DNA of 38,476 bases from a virus. Taxonomy: Duplodnaviria; Caudoviricetes. Both the position numbers and the translations under genes were made by a program. Positions 17,365 to 27,634 of the stretch are shown piece by piece. The notes below the pieces were generated by a model. That model was given only the letters and a program-made list of their open reading frames with translations, searched no databases and had not been told where the DNA came from. How positions within the stretch are numbered: position 1 is the stretch's first letter; each line of letters starts with the position of its first letter. The stretch lies in IMG/VR virus record IMGVR_UViG_3300048893_000112, positions 1-38,476 of that record, one strand, 5' to 3'.

Positions 17365-19017
17365 ATGCCCAAGCCCAAGCGCCTGCCCCAGCAGCAGACC
17401 CACGCCATCACGACGGTCGGGCCGCCGACGCGCGGCCTGAACACGATCGGTGATTTCGCGACGATGGAGGCGACGGATGCGGTGGAGCTGGACAACATGA
17501 TTCCGACCGAGCTCGGGCTCACCGTGCGCGGGGGCTGGCGCGAATACGCGACGGGCCTGTCCAGCGGCGACACCATCAAGACGATCATGGCGTTCAACTC
17601 GGCGCCGAGCTCCTCCCAGACGCCGCCCCTGGCGGCCTCGACCCTGTTCGCGGCGACGGATCGGGGGATCTGGAACGTCGAGGGCGGGGGCGACCTGAGC
17701 GCGAAGGCTGCGGCCATCGTGCTGTCCAACGCCACCGACGCCGGTCACATGAGTTTCGTGCAGTTCACGGCGGGGGGCGGCAAGCAGTACCTCGTGGCCT
17801 GCTCGGAGACGGACGGGGCGTTCTACTATGACGGCCTCACCTGGAAGAAGTTTGCCGCCTCGGGCACGGCGGGCCCTGGCGTGGTGACGGGTGTGGATCC
17901 GGCACTGTTCGCCCAGGTCGTCGTGTGGAAGTACCGTCTCGGGTTCGTCAAGCGCGGCTCGGCGGAGGTCTGGTGGCTTCCTCCCAATGCGCTCGGGGGC
18001 GTGGCTGAAGGGTTCGATTTCGGGCCCTCACTGCGCAATGGGGGCATGGTGCTCGCCGCGATCAATTGGACGATGGATGCGGGGGACGGTATCGATGACC
18101 GGCTCGTGATCCTGGGCTCCTCGGGCGACTTGGCAGTCTACGAGGGCACCGACCCGACCGACCCGTCCTTTTTCTCCCAGGTGGGCGTGTGGTTCGTGGG
18201 CCAACCCCCGGTGGGCCGGCGCTGCTTCACCTCCACGGGCGGCAACATTTATATCCTCACCCAATTCGGCGTGGTGCCGGTGGCGCAGCTCATGTCGGGC
18301 GGCCTCGATACGGTGCTGCTCGCGGACACCGACCTGCTCAAGCAACTCCGCAAGATCCAGGAAGCCCTCAACGTCGATTTTCGGACGCTCCTGAATACGC
18401 CGGGCTGGGCCCTCCTGGACATCCCGCAGCTCGCCCTCCTGCACATCGCGCGGCCCTCGGTGTCGGTCAGTGAGCACATCCAATACGCGTTTCAACAGCA
18501 CGCCCTGGCGTGGTCTCGCATCGTCGACATGCCCGGGTATTCGTTCGGGCGCCGCCTGGGCGAGGTGTACTCGGGCACGACCGACGGGCGGGTGCTGCGC
18601 GTCTTCACGGGCTACTCCGATGGCCAGAAGCTCGACGGCACGGGGGATTACGAGATCCGCTCGCGCGTCACGCCGGCCTTCTCCTACTTCGACAACCCCG
18701 CGGTGCGCAAGCGCGCCCTGATGATCCGCCTGCAGTTCCTGGCCAAGGCGAATCCGAACTACTCGGTGCGCATGAATGCGGACTTCGAGCTCTCGCCCAT
18801 CGGCGGGGTGACGGTGGGCCGCGGCAGCGTGGGGTCGCTCTGGGATGTGGGCCTGTGGGATCAGGCCGTGTGGGCCGGCGGCAAGACGGCCTCGGGCGAG
18901 TGGCGTACCGTGAGGGGTATGGGCTATTCGCTCGCGCCCACGCTGTTCCTCTCGACCACCCAGTCCACGACGCTCGCCTCGTTGGAGTACATGAATGCGA
19001 TGGGGGGCCCGCTGTGA
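17365..19017 (+). CDS. Tail hub/nozzle (DNA stabilisation, P22 gp10-like) protein
   Basis: 550 aa, beta-rich; GGLN-like RGLN and LDN.IP at the N-terminus; C-terminal WDVGLWDQAVW. Confidence 0.8.
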   Translation: MPKPKRLPQQQTHAITTVGPPTRGLNTIGDFATMEATDAVELDNMIPTELGLTVRGGWREYATGLSSGDTIKTIMAFNSAPSSSQTPPLAASTLFAATDRGIWNVEGGGDLSAKAAAIVLSNATDAGHMSFVQFTAGGGKQYLVACSETDGAFYYDGLTWKKFAASGTAGPGVVTGVDPALFAQVVVWKYRLGFVKRGSAEVWWLPPNALGGVAEGFDFGPSLRNGGMVLAAINWTMDAGDGIDDRLVILGSSGDLAVYEGTDPTDPSFFSQVGVWFVGQPPVGRRCFTSTGGNIYILTQFGVVPVAQLMSGGLDTVLLADTDLLKQLRKIQEALNVDFRTLLNTPGWALLDIPQLALLHIARPSVSVSEHIQYAFQQHALAWSRIVDMPGYSFGRRLGEVYSGTTDGRVLRVFTGYSDGQKLDGTGDYEIRSRVTPAFSYFDNPAVRKRALMIRLQFLAKANPNYSVRMNADFELSPIGGVTVGRGSVGSLWDVGLWDQAVWAGGKTASGEWRTVRGMGYSLAPTLFLSTTQSTTLASLEYMNAMGGPL

Positions 19018-19451
19018 TGTTTGAGTTCACCGACAACCGCATGGTCTGGGAGTACTTCCACCGCGAGCTCGGTCTTCACGAGTCGGACGACTTCCGTGGC
19101 GTGCTCCATGTGCCCGAGGAGTTCAAGGGCATGGCGGCGCGCATGGATCACGTCGCGGTGGCGGTGGGCTACAACGCATTCATCGGCAAGACCTGTTGCA
19201 TGCACACGGTGATCAAGCGGCCCGACAAGGTCACCCCGCGCGTCGTGCGCGAGGCCTTCGAGTTTCCCTTCTCCATCGCGGGATGCGTGGCGGTGCTCGC
19301 GCTGGTGGACTCGACCAACGAGGCGGCCTTGAGCTTCGACGCGAAGCTCGGGTTCACCGAAGTCCTGCGCATCCCCGATGGCGGCCTCGACGGCGACCTC
19401 GTGGTGCTGCGCATGCTGCGCAGCGAATGCCGCTGGCTCAGACCCCACTAG
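19017..19451 (+). CDS. GNAT-fold protein of the tail/ejection module
   Basis: AFEFPF, NEAALSFDAKLGF, MLRSECRWL; usual position between hub and ejection genes. Confidence 0.8.
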   Translation: MFEFTDNRMVWEYFHRELGLHESDDFRGVLHVPEEFKGMAARMDHVAVAVGYNAFIGKTCCMHTVIKRPDKVTPRVVREAFEFPFSIAGCVAVLALVDSTNEAALSFDAKLGFTEVLRIPDGGLDGDLVVLRMLRSECRWLRPH

Positions 19452-19460
19452 GAGACGACC

Positions 19461-19991
19461 ATGGGTAAGAAGCAAACCTCAGTGCCCCAGATGGGACAGG
19501 CCGCGGGTTCGCCGCAGGGCGCTCCGCCCCGAAGCACTCCGGGGATGACCCCCTTTGCCTCTGCGGGCCCCAACAGTCAGGCGAGCTCGGCCTATGGGAA
19601 ATGGACGCCCCAGGCTCCCGGGGGTGGGGGGTTCAACCCGAATGTCGGGGGCGGGGGCGGGCCGGCGAATCTCGCGCAGGCAGCCATGGGTGCGGGAGCT
19701 CAAGGGCTCAACGGCGGCAAGTCTGGCCCGGCCGCACCGAACTATTCCGGCCTCTCGGCGCCGTCGATGGGGGGTGGGGCTGGCAGACCCCTGCAGCAGG
19801 GCTTCCAAGGCCTCCAGGAAGGCTTCGGGGGCGGCGGCACGAACTACGGTGACCTCACCGGCCGATTCGGCGGCAAGTCCCCCGTCAAGGTGCCCAACAT
19901 GCCCGGGACGCAAGTGAACCCGCAGCAGCTCGCCTCCCAGATGCGCACGCCGACCGCGGGGCAGCCGATGACGGCGCCGCTCAAGCGCTAA
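19461..19991 (+). CDS. Low-complexity Gly/Pro/Gln-rich putative internal virion protein
   Basis: AGGAG RBS; MGKK start; composition suggests disorder. Confidence 0.65.
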   Translation: MGKKQTSVPQMGQAAGSPQGAPPRSTPGMTPFASAGPNSQASSAYGKWTPQAPGGGGFNPNVGGGGGPANLAQAAMGAGAQGLNGGKSGPAAPNYSGLSAPSMGGGAGRPLQQGFQGLQEGFGGGGTNYGDLTGRFGGKSPVKVPNMPGTQVNPQQLASQMRTPTAGQPMTAPLKR

Positions 19992-20001
19992 GGAGAGCAT
20001 C

Positions 20002-21511
20002 ATGGGCAAGAAGTCCGCGCCCGCTGCACCCGACTACACCAAGCTCGCCGAGATGACGTCGCAGTCGGCGCAGGAAGCGATCGACCGGCAGACCGCGGCC
20101 AACCGGGTGAACCAATATACCCCTGAGGGTAGCAGCACCTGGAGCAAGGATGCCAACGGGAACTGGTCGCAGACGACGACGCTCTCGCCCGAAGCACAAG
20201 CCGCGCAAGCTTCGCAGCAGCGTATCGGTCAGTACAAGTCCAATCTCGCGGAGTCGCTTCTCCGACTGGTCGAAGCTCTCACCCTACGCCAACGTCCCCT
20301 TGGAGCGCCAGAACCTGCAAGCCACGACGAGCGCCACGGGCGCCGGGCCGCAGCAGCAGAACATCAACACGTCGCTCATGGCCGACCCTCGGCTCAACGC
20401 CAACATGGGACGCGACGCGGGCACCGCGGCGACCTCGCTGAACTACGGCAACCTGCAAGGGGTCGACCAAGCGAGCGGCACGCGCCAGCAGGCTTACGAC
20501 AACGCCTACAAAATGGCCACCTCGCGGCTCGACCCGCAGTATCAGCAGCAGCAAGCCCAGCTCGAAGCCAAGCTCGCGAACCAGGGCATCACGCAAGGAT
20601 CCGACGCCTACCAGAAGGCCATGGATCAGTTCTCGCGCACGAAGACCGACGCCTACAACCAAGCCATGATGGGGGCCACCTCCCAGGCGGGGCAGCAGGC
20701 CCAGATCGATTACGGCATCAACATGGGCTTGCGTCAGGAGCAGGCGCAGGAAGCGCTCAACGCGGCCAACTACGGCATGGGGGCCCAGGGCCAGAATTTC
20801 CAGCAGCGCCTCGCCGCGGCCCAGGCCAACAATGCAGCGCTTCAGGGCCAATTCGGCATGGGGCAGCAGGCCCTCCAGCAGCAGCTCGCCGCGCAGCAGG
20901 CCGCCTTTGGCCAGTCGATGCAGGGCTCCCAGTACGACCTCGCGCGGCAGCAGCAGGCCTTCTCCCAACGGCAAGCCGCGGGGAGTCAGAATTTCAACCA
21001 GCAGCTCCAGGGCGCCCAGTTCCAGAACCAGCAGCGCCAGCAGCAGCTCACCGAGATGATGCAGCAGCGGGGCTTCAGCCTGAACGAGATCAACGCCATC
21101 CTCACGGGCACGCAGGTCGGCATGCCGTCCTTCGCGGGCTACAACACGGCGGGCGCGGCGCAGGGGACGGACTACTCGGGCGCGGGTCGGGATTCCTACG
21201 GTGCGCAGATGGACGCCTACAACGCCGCCCAGGCCGCCTCGCCGCTCAACGCCGCCACCTCCCTGGCCTCCACCGGGCTGAAGGCCTATATGAGCGATGC
21301 GCGCATCAAGCGCGACATCAAGCGGGTGGGCCGGCACCCCCGGGGGTATGGCATTTTCACGTACCGGTTCATCGGCGAGCGGGGTCATCGTCTCGGGGTG
21401 ATTGCCCAGGACGTCGCGCGCGTGCGCCCGGATCTCGTGGTGTCCTACAACGGCCTGCTCACGGTGCGCCCGCAAGCGCTCGAAGGAATCGACCATGTCA
21501 ACCTCACCTGA
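20002..21511 (+). CDS. DNA ejection (pilot) protein with C-terminal Peptidase_S74-type domain; frame break near 20255
   Basis: N-terminus MGKKSAPAAPDY...ANRVNQYTP is in the 20002 frame. The Q-rich body and SDARIKRDI...GVIAQDV are in the +1 frame ending at 21511. Confidence 0.75.
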
Positions 21512-21935
21512 CGATATCAACGCCCTCTTGGCCGGTGCCGGGTTGAACAAGCCCATCACGCCAGTCGACCCTGGCAATCCGGTGCTGCCGGCCTTCGGCT
21601 CGCAGCAGGGCAACAACAGCGCGTTCGACCCGTCGACTGTCCAGGCCATGCTCGCCCTCCATGGGCAGGCCAACGCACAAGGCAACATCGCGCGCCAGCG
21701 CAAGCTCGCCGACCAGATGCGCGCCGATGCGTCGGGCCTCATGGGCACCAAGCAGGCGGGGCGGGTCACGGTGGGGCCGAAGTGGTACGACGCCCTGGCC
21801 AATGTCTCCGAAAACGCGCTGGCCACCCATCAAGACATCAAGGCCGACGAGGCCTCGGCGGGCTTGGACAGGACGTACGGCAAGACGATGCAAGACATCA
21901 TCGACGAGTACAACCGCAAGGCCCGGGGCCTCTGA
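21495..21935 (+). CDS. Putative ejection/internal virion protein
   Basis: AAGGA RBS; helical; in the ejection block. Confidence 0.65.
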   Translation: MSTSPDDINALLAGAGLNKPITPVDPGNPVLPAFGSQQGNNSAFDPSTVQAMLALHGQANAQGNIARQRKLADQMRADASGLMGTKQAGRVTVGPKWYDALANVSENALATHQDIKADEASAGLDRTYGKTMQDIIDEYNRKARGL

Positions 21936-21954
21936 TACGGCACGGGGTACCACC

Positions 21955-22953
21955 ATGAATGCTGACGGCACGCCCGAAGTTTTCACCCAGGCCCTGCAGC
22001 CGAACACGCCGCAGCCGATGCAGCCGCAACCGCTCGACGCGATGGCGCAGCTCCAGGCCCAGTACGACGCCCTGCAGCAGCAGATCAACGCCCGGGGCCA
22101 TCGGCAGGTCGACCCCGAGCAAGTGAAGCGCGCGCAGGCGCGCAACGACCTCGACATGCAATTCGGACGGCTCATGATGCTCACGGGCGACGAGGGCGCG
22201 CAATCGGTCGGGGGTGCGGTGCTCAAGCAGGCCATGTCCAAGCAGACCCCCCAGGTGACGGAGCGCGGCGCCTACAACCCGCTGACCCAACAGTGGGACT
22301 ACAACCCCGAGTACTTGAACGAGCGCGACATGGCGCAGCAGGGGGCCCTGCAAGGGCGCATGGCCTCGGTCGGGGAGCAGCGCGCGCGCGACCAGTCCGA
22401 ACGGCAGTGGAGGGAAGAACAGGCGAGGCTCAATCGGGAGGCCGCTGCGGAGCGCGCGCGCACGATGGCCGGTGCCCAGGCCTCCAAGCTCCCCAACAAC
22501 ACCGCGCAGGCGGTGACCTCGTTCGGGGTGATGGACAAGGTGCTCGACCAGCTCGAAGAGGAGCTCAAGACGTTCGATCCGCGCAACCCCAACGACCAAC
22601 TCGACACGAACAAGCGCGCGCGCATTGACTCGCTCGTCAGCCAGTACCGGCTCGAATCGAAGAACGCCGCGGAGCTCGGCGCGCTCGCGGGGCCCGACCT
22701 CGGTCTCATCGACGACATGATGGCCCCGTTCACTTCCGCCAGGGGAATCGCGCTCGGGCGTGAGGGCCTGCTCGCGCAGCTCAAGTCGACCCGCCAATGG
22801 GGCCGAACCCGCCGAGACCAGATCCAGCGCATGTACCCCGGGGCCAACATGGGCCAGGAGGCGCCGGTCGCACCCCTCACCAACGATATGAGCGATCTCA
22901 CGCCCACGGTGGCCCTGCCCAAGGCGGTGGCCGCGAGCGGCGCGCGGAGGTGA
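21955..22953 (+). CDS. Putative ejection protein
   Basis: Q/A-rich helical protein; KNAAELGALAGPDL motif; position. Confidence 0.7.
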   Translation: MNADGTPEVFTQALQPNTPQPMQPQPLDAMAQLQAQYDALQQQINARGHRQVDPEQVKRAQARNDLDMQFGRLMMLTGDEGAQSVGGAVLKQAMSKQTPQVTERGAYNPLTQQWDYNPEYLNERDMAQQGALQGRMASVGEQRARDQSERQWREEQARLNREAAAERARTMAGAQASKLPNNTAQAVTSFGVMDKVLDQLEEELKTFDPRNPNDQLDTNKRARIDSLVSQYRLESKNAAELGALAGPDLGLIDDMMAPFTSARGIALGREGLLAQLKSTRQWGRTRRDQIQRMYPGANMGQEAPVAPLTNDMSDLTPTVALPKAVAASGARR

Positions 22954-22957
22954 GACC

Positions 22958-24907
22958 ATGCCCTATGACACCACCATCGACGGGGTACAACTCACCAACA
23001 TCCCCGACGGTGTCGCCCCCAACGATCCGCGGCTGAAGCAGCGCGCGCAAGCGCTCAAGGGTCAACAGGCCCTGTCGCAGCGCCTGGACACGGCGCGATT
23101 CGCAAAGGAAGACTGGAAGTCTTCCACGCAGCGCGCGCGCGAGGCGGCCGGCGAGGCCCTCGGGCCGGATCCCACCCTCACCGACAAGCTCATGCTGAAC
23201 CTCGGGGCGGGGGCGGCCGACGTCATGCCCGCGTTGCACCAGATGACCGGCCTGGGCGAGCAACCCTCCCCCGAAGAGATCGCCGAGAAGCGGCGCATTG
23301 ATGATGCTCTCGCGGGTCAGGGCGTGCCCGGGTTCGCGTGGAAGCAGGCGCAGGAGATGGGGCGCAACCCCGCCACGGCACTCCCCACGCGCACCGTCCT
23401 GGCCAACATCGCGCAGGGGGCTGTGGGTGGGGCGATGGAGCCAACGATGCCCGGGGAGTCCCGATTCGTCAACACGGCGACCGGAGGCGTGGCGGGGGGC
23501 GCGACGCCTTTCGTGGTCGGTACCCTGGCGCGCAGCGTGGGGTCACTCCTCCCTGGCGTTGCCAAGCGTGAGGCCCGCTCAGAGCTCGACAAGGCGCTGG
23601 AGGCGGCTACCCCTGAGGGTCGGGCCCGCGCGATGGGCCGGCAGCCTCCTGGGCCCCCTCCAGGCCCTCCTGGCGGGCCTCCCGCACCTCCAGGTGCTCC
23701 CCCTGGGCCCAATGACGCCCCTGGCCTGCCGTTTGACCTCAATTTTCCCTACACCCCGGCGGCCCTGGCCGGCAATGCGGACATGGCTCGCCTGGAGAAG
23801 GGATCACGCGCGCGCAACCCGGCCGAATACTACCCGGGCGACGTCGAGCGGCATACCGTGCTGCGGGACGCTGTCCTGCGGGGCACCCGGGAGGCTGAGG
23901 AGCTCGCCACGCGCAAGGCCGCGGCCAACCAGGGGTGGAAGCAGGACTGGCAGCAGGTGGAGCAGACCATCGACCCCGTCGACTTCAAGACCAGCGGCGA
24001 CCTCTTCCGGCAGCACCTCGAAGACCTGAAGCTCCACGGCGAAGCCGAAGACTCGGATGTGATGGAGGCGCTCAACTTCATCAGCAACCGCTACGACAAG
24101 CATGCCGCGGCCGGGACGCTCACGCCCACCCATGTCCAGGTCTGGCGACGGATCTTGAACGAGGGCGGCGACAAGCTGAACCAGAACGCGTTGAAGCGTG
24201 CCGACCCCAGCGCCGTGCCCATTGCCCAGCTCCGGGGCGACCTCGACGCGTGGCTCAATCAATCGAGCGGGGGGAACTGGCAGACCGTCCTGGACAACTA
24301 CACCGCGGCGAGTCGCGCCATCGATCAGGCCAAGGCCGCTGGCAAGGTGCGCTCGAAGTGGTGGGAGCTCGGCGAGGACACCAACGTCCCGGTGCGCACG
24401 CGCGGCACGACCGTGGACACCAAGCGCGAGGTGCCCGAGTTCACTGAGCACGGCCTCAGCACCGCGCAGGATCTCGCCATGGGCTCCGACAAGGTCTCCG
24501 GGCTCTCGCCCGATGCTAAGACCGCGTTGAAGCAGACCATGGATGTGCTCGCGCGCCAGGGCCTCGCCACCAAGGTCGCGAAGTCGGGCACGCTCGGCGG
24601 CTCGGACACGGCGCTCAATCTCTGGTCGGCCATCGATCAAGGCATGCTCAACGCGATCCCCGGCCTCGCCTCCATCACGCCCTACCTGGGCGAAGCGATC
24701 AAGTCGCGTAAGGCGAATTTGGGAGGCCTGCAGAAAACCATCGTCGACAAGGCCATGGCCGACTCGGCGGAGTTCCAGCGGCTCATGAGCAGTCCCGTCC
24801 TGCGCCCCGAGATCAAGCAAGCCATTCAGGCGGCGGTCTACGGCGAGTCCCGACTGGCCGGCGGCGAGGCTGCCTTGGAATCTTCGCGCAAGGATCAGCA
24901 ACCATAG
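22958..24907 (+). CDS. Large ejection (DNA transfer) protein
   Basis: GGAGGT RBS; Gly/Ala-rich hydrophobic segments followed by a helical body; last gene before the fibre. Confidence 0.7.
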   Translation: MPYDTTIDGVQLTNIPDGVAPNDPRLKQRAQALKGQQALSQRLDTARFAKEDWKSSTQRAREAAGEALGPDPTLTDKLMLNLGAGAADVMPALHQMTGLGEQPSPEEIAEKRRIDDALAGQGVPGFAWKQAQEMGRNPATALPTRTVLANIAQGAVGGAMEPTMPGESRFVNTATGGVAGGATPFVVGTLARSVGSLLPGVAKREARSELDKALEAATPEGRARAMGRQPPGPPPGPPGGPPAPPGAPPGPNDAPGLPFDLNFPYTPAALAGNADMARLEKGSRARNPAEYYPGDVERHTVLRDAVLRGTREAEELATRKAAANQGWKQDWQQVEQTIDPVDFKTSGDLFRQHLEDLKLHGEAEDSDVMEALNFISNRYDKHAAAGTLTPTHVQVWRRILNEGGDKLNQNALKRADPSAVPIAQLRGDLDAWLNQSSGGNWQTVLDNYTAASRAIDQAKAAGKVRSKWWELGEDTNVPVRTRGTTVDTKREVPEFTEHGLSTAQDLAMGSDKVSGLSPDAKTALKQTMDVLARQGLATKVAKSGTLGGSDTALNLWSAIDQGMLNAIPGLASITPYLGEAIKSRKANLGGLQKTIVDKAMADSAEFQRLMSSPVLRPEIKQAIQAAVYGESRLAGGEAALESSRKDQQP

Positions 24908-24917
24908 GGGGTACCGT

Positions 24918-26990
24918 ATGCCTCGCGACAACTCCGGGAACTACACGCTCCCGGCAAAGAATCCGGTGGCCACCAATACGGTCATCGAGACTGACTGGGC
25001 CAATCCGACGATGTCAGACATCGCCTCGACGCTGACCCATTCGCTGTCACGGGACGGCCAGGGCACCATGCTCGCGGCCTTGAAGCTCACCGATGGCACC
25101 ACCGCGGCCCCGGGCCTGTCGTTCAACTCCGAAGCCTCCAGCGGACTCTTCCGCAAGACGGCCGGCGTGATTGGCGTGAGCATCGGGGGCGTCGATGTCG
25201 CCGACTTCAGTGCGACGGGTCTCAGTGTCAACAAGAACCTCAGCGTGGCGCAAGACCTCACCGTCACGGGCAACTTCTCGGCTCCCCTGCCCGATGGCAC
25301 CGCGGCGGCCCCCTCGCTCACGTTCAAGAACAATCTCGACTTGGGGCTCTATCGCTCCGGGGCCAATGCCATGGGGCTCGCGGCGGCCGGCGTGCTGAGT
25401 GCGACGGTGAACCCTCTGGGCATCGACCTGGGGGCGGGCCTGAGGCTCGCGGGCACGGGGACGACCAGTGGATCCTGGTCGGTGGGGCCGCAGAGCGCGA
25501 CCGGCAACCTGACGTTGGCGGCGACGGCAGCCACGGGCACTGGCCTGCTCGATGTCAACCTGGGGGTGACCGATGGCACCTCGCCCGTCACCGTGCGCGT
25601 CTTTCGCAGTACCACCACGACGGGCGTGCGCTCGTTCCAGATCCTGCGCGGGGATGGCTCGACGACGGCTGACCACCTCCTGAGCTCGGGCGTGGGGGCC
25701 GTGTCATCGCTGGCGCGCAATGGCGGGCGGATGCTCCTGGGCACGACCCAGGACAACACGATCGACACTCTGCAGGTGGCGCTCTCCGCGCGCGTGCGCA
25801 GTGGTGCCGCAGGCATCCCCAGCAACACGGCGAGTCCGGGCTATGACACGCTCGTCATCGAGGGCAGCGCGGGTGTGGGGATGTCCTTCCTCTCTCCCAA
25901 CAACGTGAGCTGTGGCATCGCCTGGGGTGACCCGCAAAGCCTGGGCCAGGGATACCTGTTTTACAACCATTCCGTCGACCAGATGTACCTCGGCGCGGCG
26001 GCCAATACGAACCTCATTCTCGACACCGCGTACACGCGTTCGACGCTCCCGATCTATGCCCCGGACGGTACCGCGGGGGTGCCGGGCTATGCCTTCTCCG
26101 CGCAACCGCTCTCGGGCATGTCCCGCATTGCCAGTGGGGGCCTGGGCTTTTCCGTGGCGGGTGCCGAGGTGGCGCGCGTGTCGGTGGCGGGGGTGATGCT
26201 CTCCGGGGCCAACGCTTCGGTGCTTCACAACGACACGGTGTCGGAGCTCGCCCTTTGCGCGGCCTCGGCCCTGGCCGACAACACGGCGCGCATCGACCTC
26301 ATGGACACGGGGCATGCGACCCTGCCTCGGCAGGCCTTCATTCGCGGCAAGCAGATCGTCTTCACGGACTCGGTGGCCGCCAATGAGCGGGCCCGGTTCA
26401 GCCAGAACACCTATGGCGAGCTCGCCATCAACGGCACCGCGTTCGGTCTGTGGTCGGCGCCAAATCGGGGCCTACTTGCGCTCGATGGCTCGGCGGGCTC
26501 CCAGGTGGGTCTGGCCTATGGCGGGGTACGCTCAGGCTCCATCACTGCGCACGTGGCGGACTTCATGATCTCGGCGGCGGCGAGCATGCCCCTCATCCTC
26601 GCCTACAGCAACGGCACCGAAGCCGCGCGCATCGAGACTGATGGCACGTTCAAATATGGGACGTACGAGGTGGGGTATCGCGACGCGCCGCCTATCCTCA
26701 AGACCGCACCCTACCCCATCACCGCCAACGACCGCGGCACCATGATCCGGTGCGACCCGGGATGCTCCAACGTCACGGCGCCGACCATGGGCCAGGGCGG
26801 CCCGATCGTGACCGTCTGGAACAACGCGGGCGGCAACATCACCCTCACGGCGGGCGCTGGCCTGACGTTCCGCTGGGGTACCGGTACCCCCATCACGACC
26901 AGTCCGCGCACGCTCGCCCAGAACGCACTCGTCACCATCTACTGGATCTCGGGCACGACGGCCGTCATCACCGGCACGGGGATCTCATGA
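24918..26990 (+). CDS. Tail fibre / receptor-binding protein
   Basis: MPRDNSGNYTLP...WAN.TM.DIA..LT.SL.RDG anchor domain; three DGT.A.P...F repeats; beta-rich C-terminal domain. Confidence 0.85.
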   Translation: MPRDNSGNYTLPAKNPVATNTVIETDWANPTMSDIASTLTHSLSRDGQGTMLAALKLTDGTTAAPGLSFNSEASSGLFRKTAGVIGVSIGGVDVADFSATGLSVNKNLSVAQDLTVTGNFSAPLPDGTAAAPSLTFKNNLDLGLYRSGANAMGLAAAGVLSATVNPLGIDLGAGLRLAGTGTTSGSWSVGPQSATGNLTLAATAATGTGLLDVNLGVTDGTSPVTVRVFRSTTTTGVRSFQILRGDGSTTADHLLSSGVGAVSSLARNGGRMLLGTTQDNTIDTLQVALSARVRSGAAGIPSNTASPGYDTLVIEGSAGVGMSFLSPNNVSCGIAWGDPQSLGQGYLFYNHSVDQMYLGAAANTNLILDTAYTRSTLPIYAPDGTAGVPGYAFSAQPLSGMSRIASGGLGFSVAGAEVARVSVAGVMLSGANASVLHNDTVSELALCAASALADNTARIDLMDTGHATLPRQAFIRGKQIVFTDSVAANERARFSQNTYGELAINGTAFGLWSAPNRGLLALDGSAGSQVGLAYGGVRSGSITAHVADFMISAAASMPLILAYSNGTEAARIETDGTFKYGTYEVGYRDAPPILKTAPYPITANDRGTMIRCDPGCSNVTAPTMGQGGPIVTVWNNAGGNITLTAGAGLTFRWGTGTPITTSPRTLAQNALVTIYWISGTTAVITGTGIS

Positions 26991-27436
26991 CCGGTAGCGC
27001 GCAGCTCCTCCTGGCGGCTTGGCCCTACAACACCGTCAGCAACTTCACGCCGTGGAACGTCGCGGCCACCGCGGTCTCGGGCACCACGGCGCAGGCGCGC
27101 CTCACCTTCCTGCCCGATGGCACGGTCACGAAGCAGACGGCCGGCACGGCGGGCGGCTCGAACGGCTCCTCGAACTGGTGGCTCCCCACGACCGCGGGTG
27201 TGGGCTCGTCCTTCTATGTGCGATTCACGGCGACCTCGGGCACCTGGAACGACTCCACGGGCGGCAGCATCGCGAGCGGGGCATGGGTGGCGATGGGGGC
27301 GGGCCTTTTCGTCGGCCAGACGCACACCACGCTGACGGTCTCTTGCACGTTCAACGTGGACATCGCCACCGACGCGGCCGGCGCCAACATCATTTTCCGC
27401 AGCACCGGCAACATCGTTGCCATCACGCACACCTAA
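26987..27436 (+). CDS. Fibre-associated beta-rich protein (possible tip adhesin)
   Basis: ATGA-coupled to the fibre; Thr/Gly/Ser/Trp-rich. Confidence 0.65.
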   Translation: MTGSAQLLLAAWPYNTVSNFTPWNVAATAVSGTTAQARLTFLPDGTVTKQTAGTAGGSNGSSNWWLPTTAGVGSSFYVRFTATSGTWNDSTGGSIASGAWVAMGAGLFVGQTHTTLTVSCTFNVDIATDAAGANIIFRSTGNIVAITHT

Positions 27437-27448
27437 GGACGCACCGCC

Positions 27449-27634
27449 ATGTATCTCACCCTCACTGACCCCGAGGTGGACTTCCTTCACCGGCTCCTGC
27501 TCTCGCGCCCGATGGGCGAAGTGGAGTCTCTCGTGGTGAAGATCCGCACTCAGGCCGCACAGCAGCAAAAGCCCGAGGAACCCCCGGCGCACCTGCCGGA
27601 ACCCGATGGCGTATCCCAGGAGGCCCTGCAATGA
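27449..27634 (+). CDS. Small post-fibre protein (possible chaperone)
   Basis: TAAGGA RBS; L.SRP..EV..LV.KI..QA pattern often found after fibre genes. Confidence 0.65.
   Translation: MYLTLTDPEVDFLHRLLLSRPMGEVESLVVKIRTQAAQQQKPEEPPAHLPEPDGVSQEALQ

Noticed and set aside
20002-21546. 514-aa ORF taken as a single real protein
   Set aside because: After about residue 86 it reads as Arg/Pro/Ala nonsense while the +1 frame carries the Q-rich body and S74 motif.
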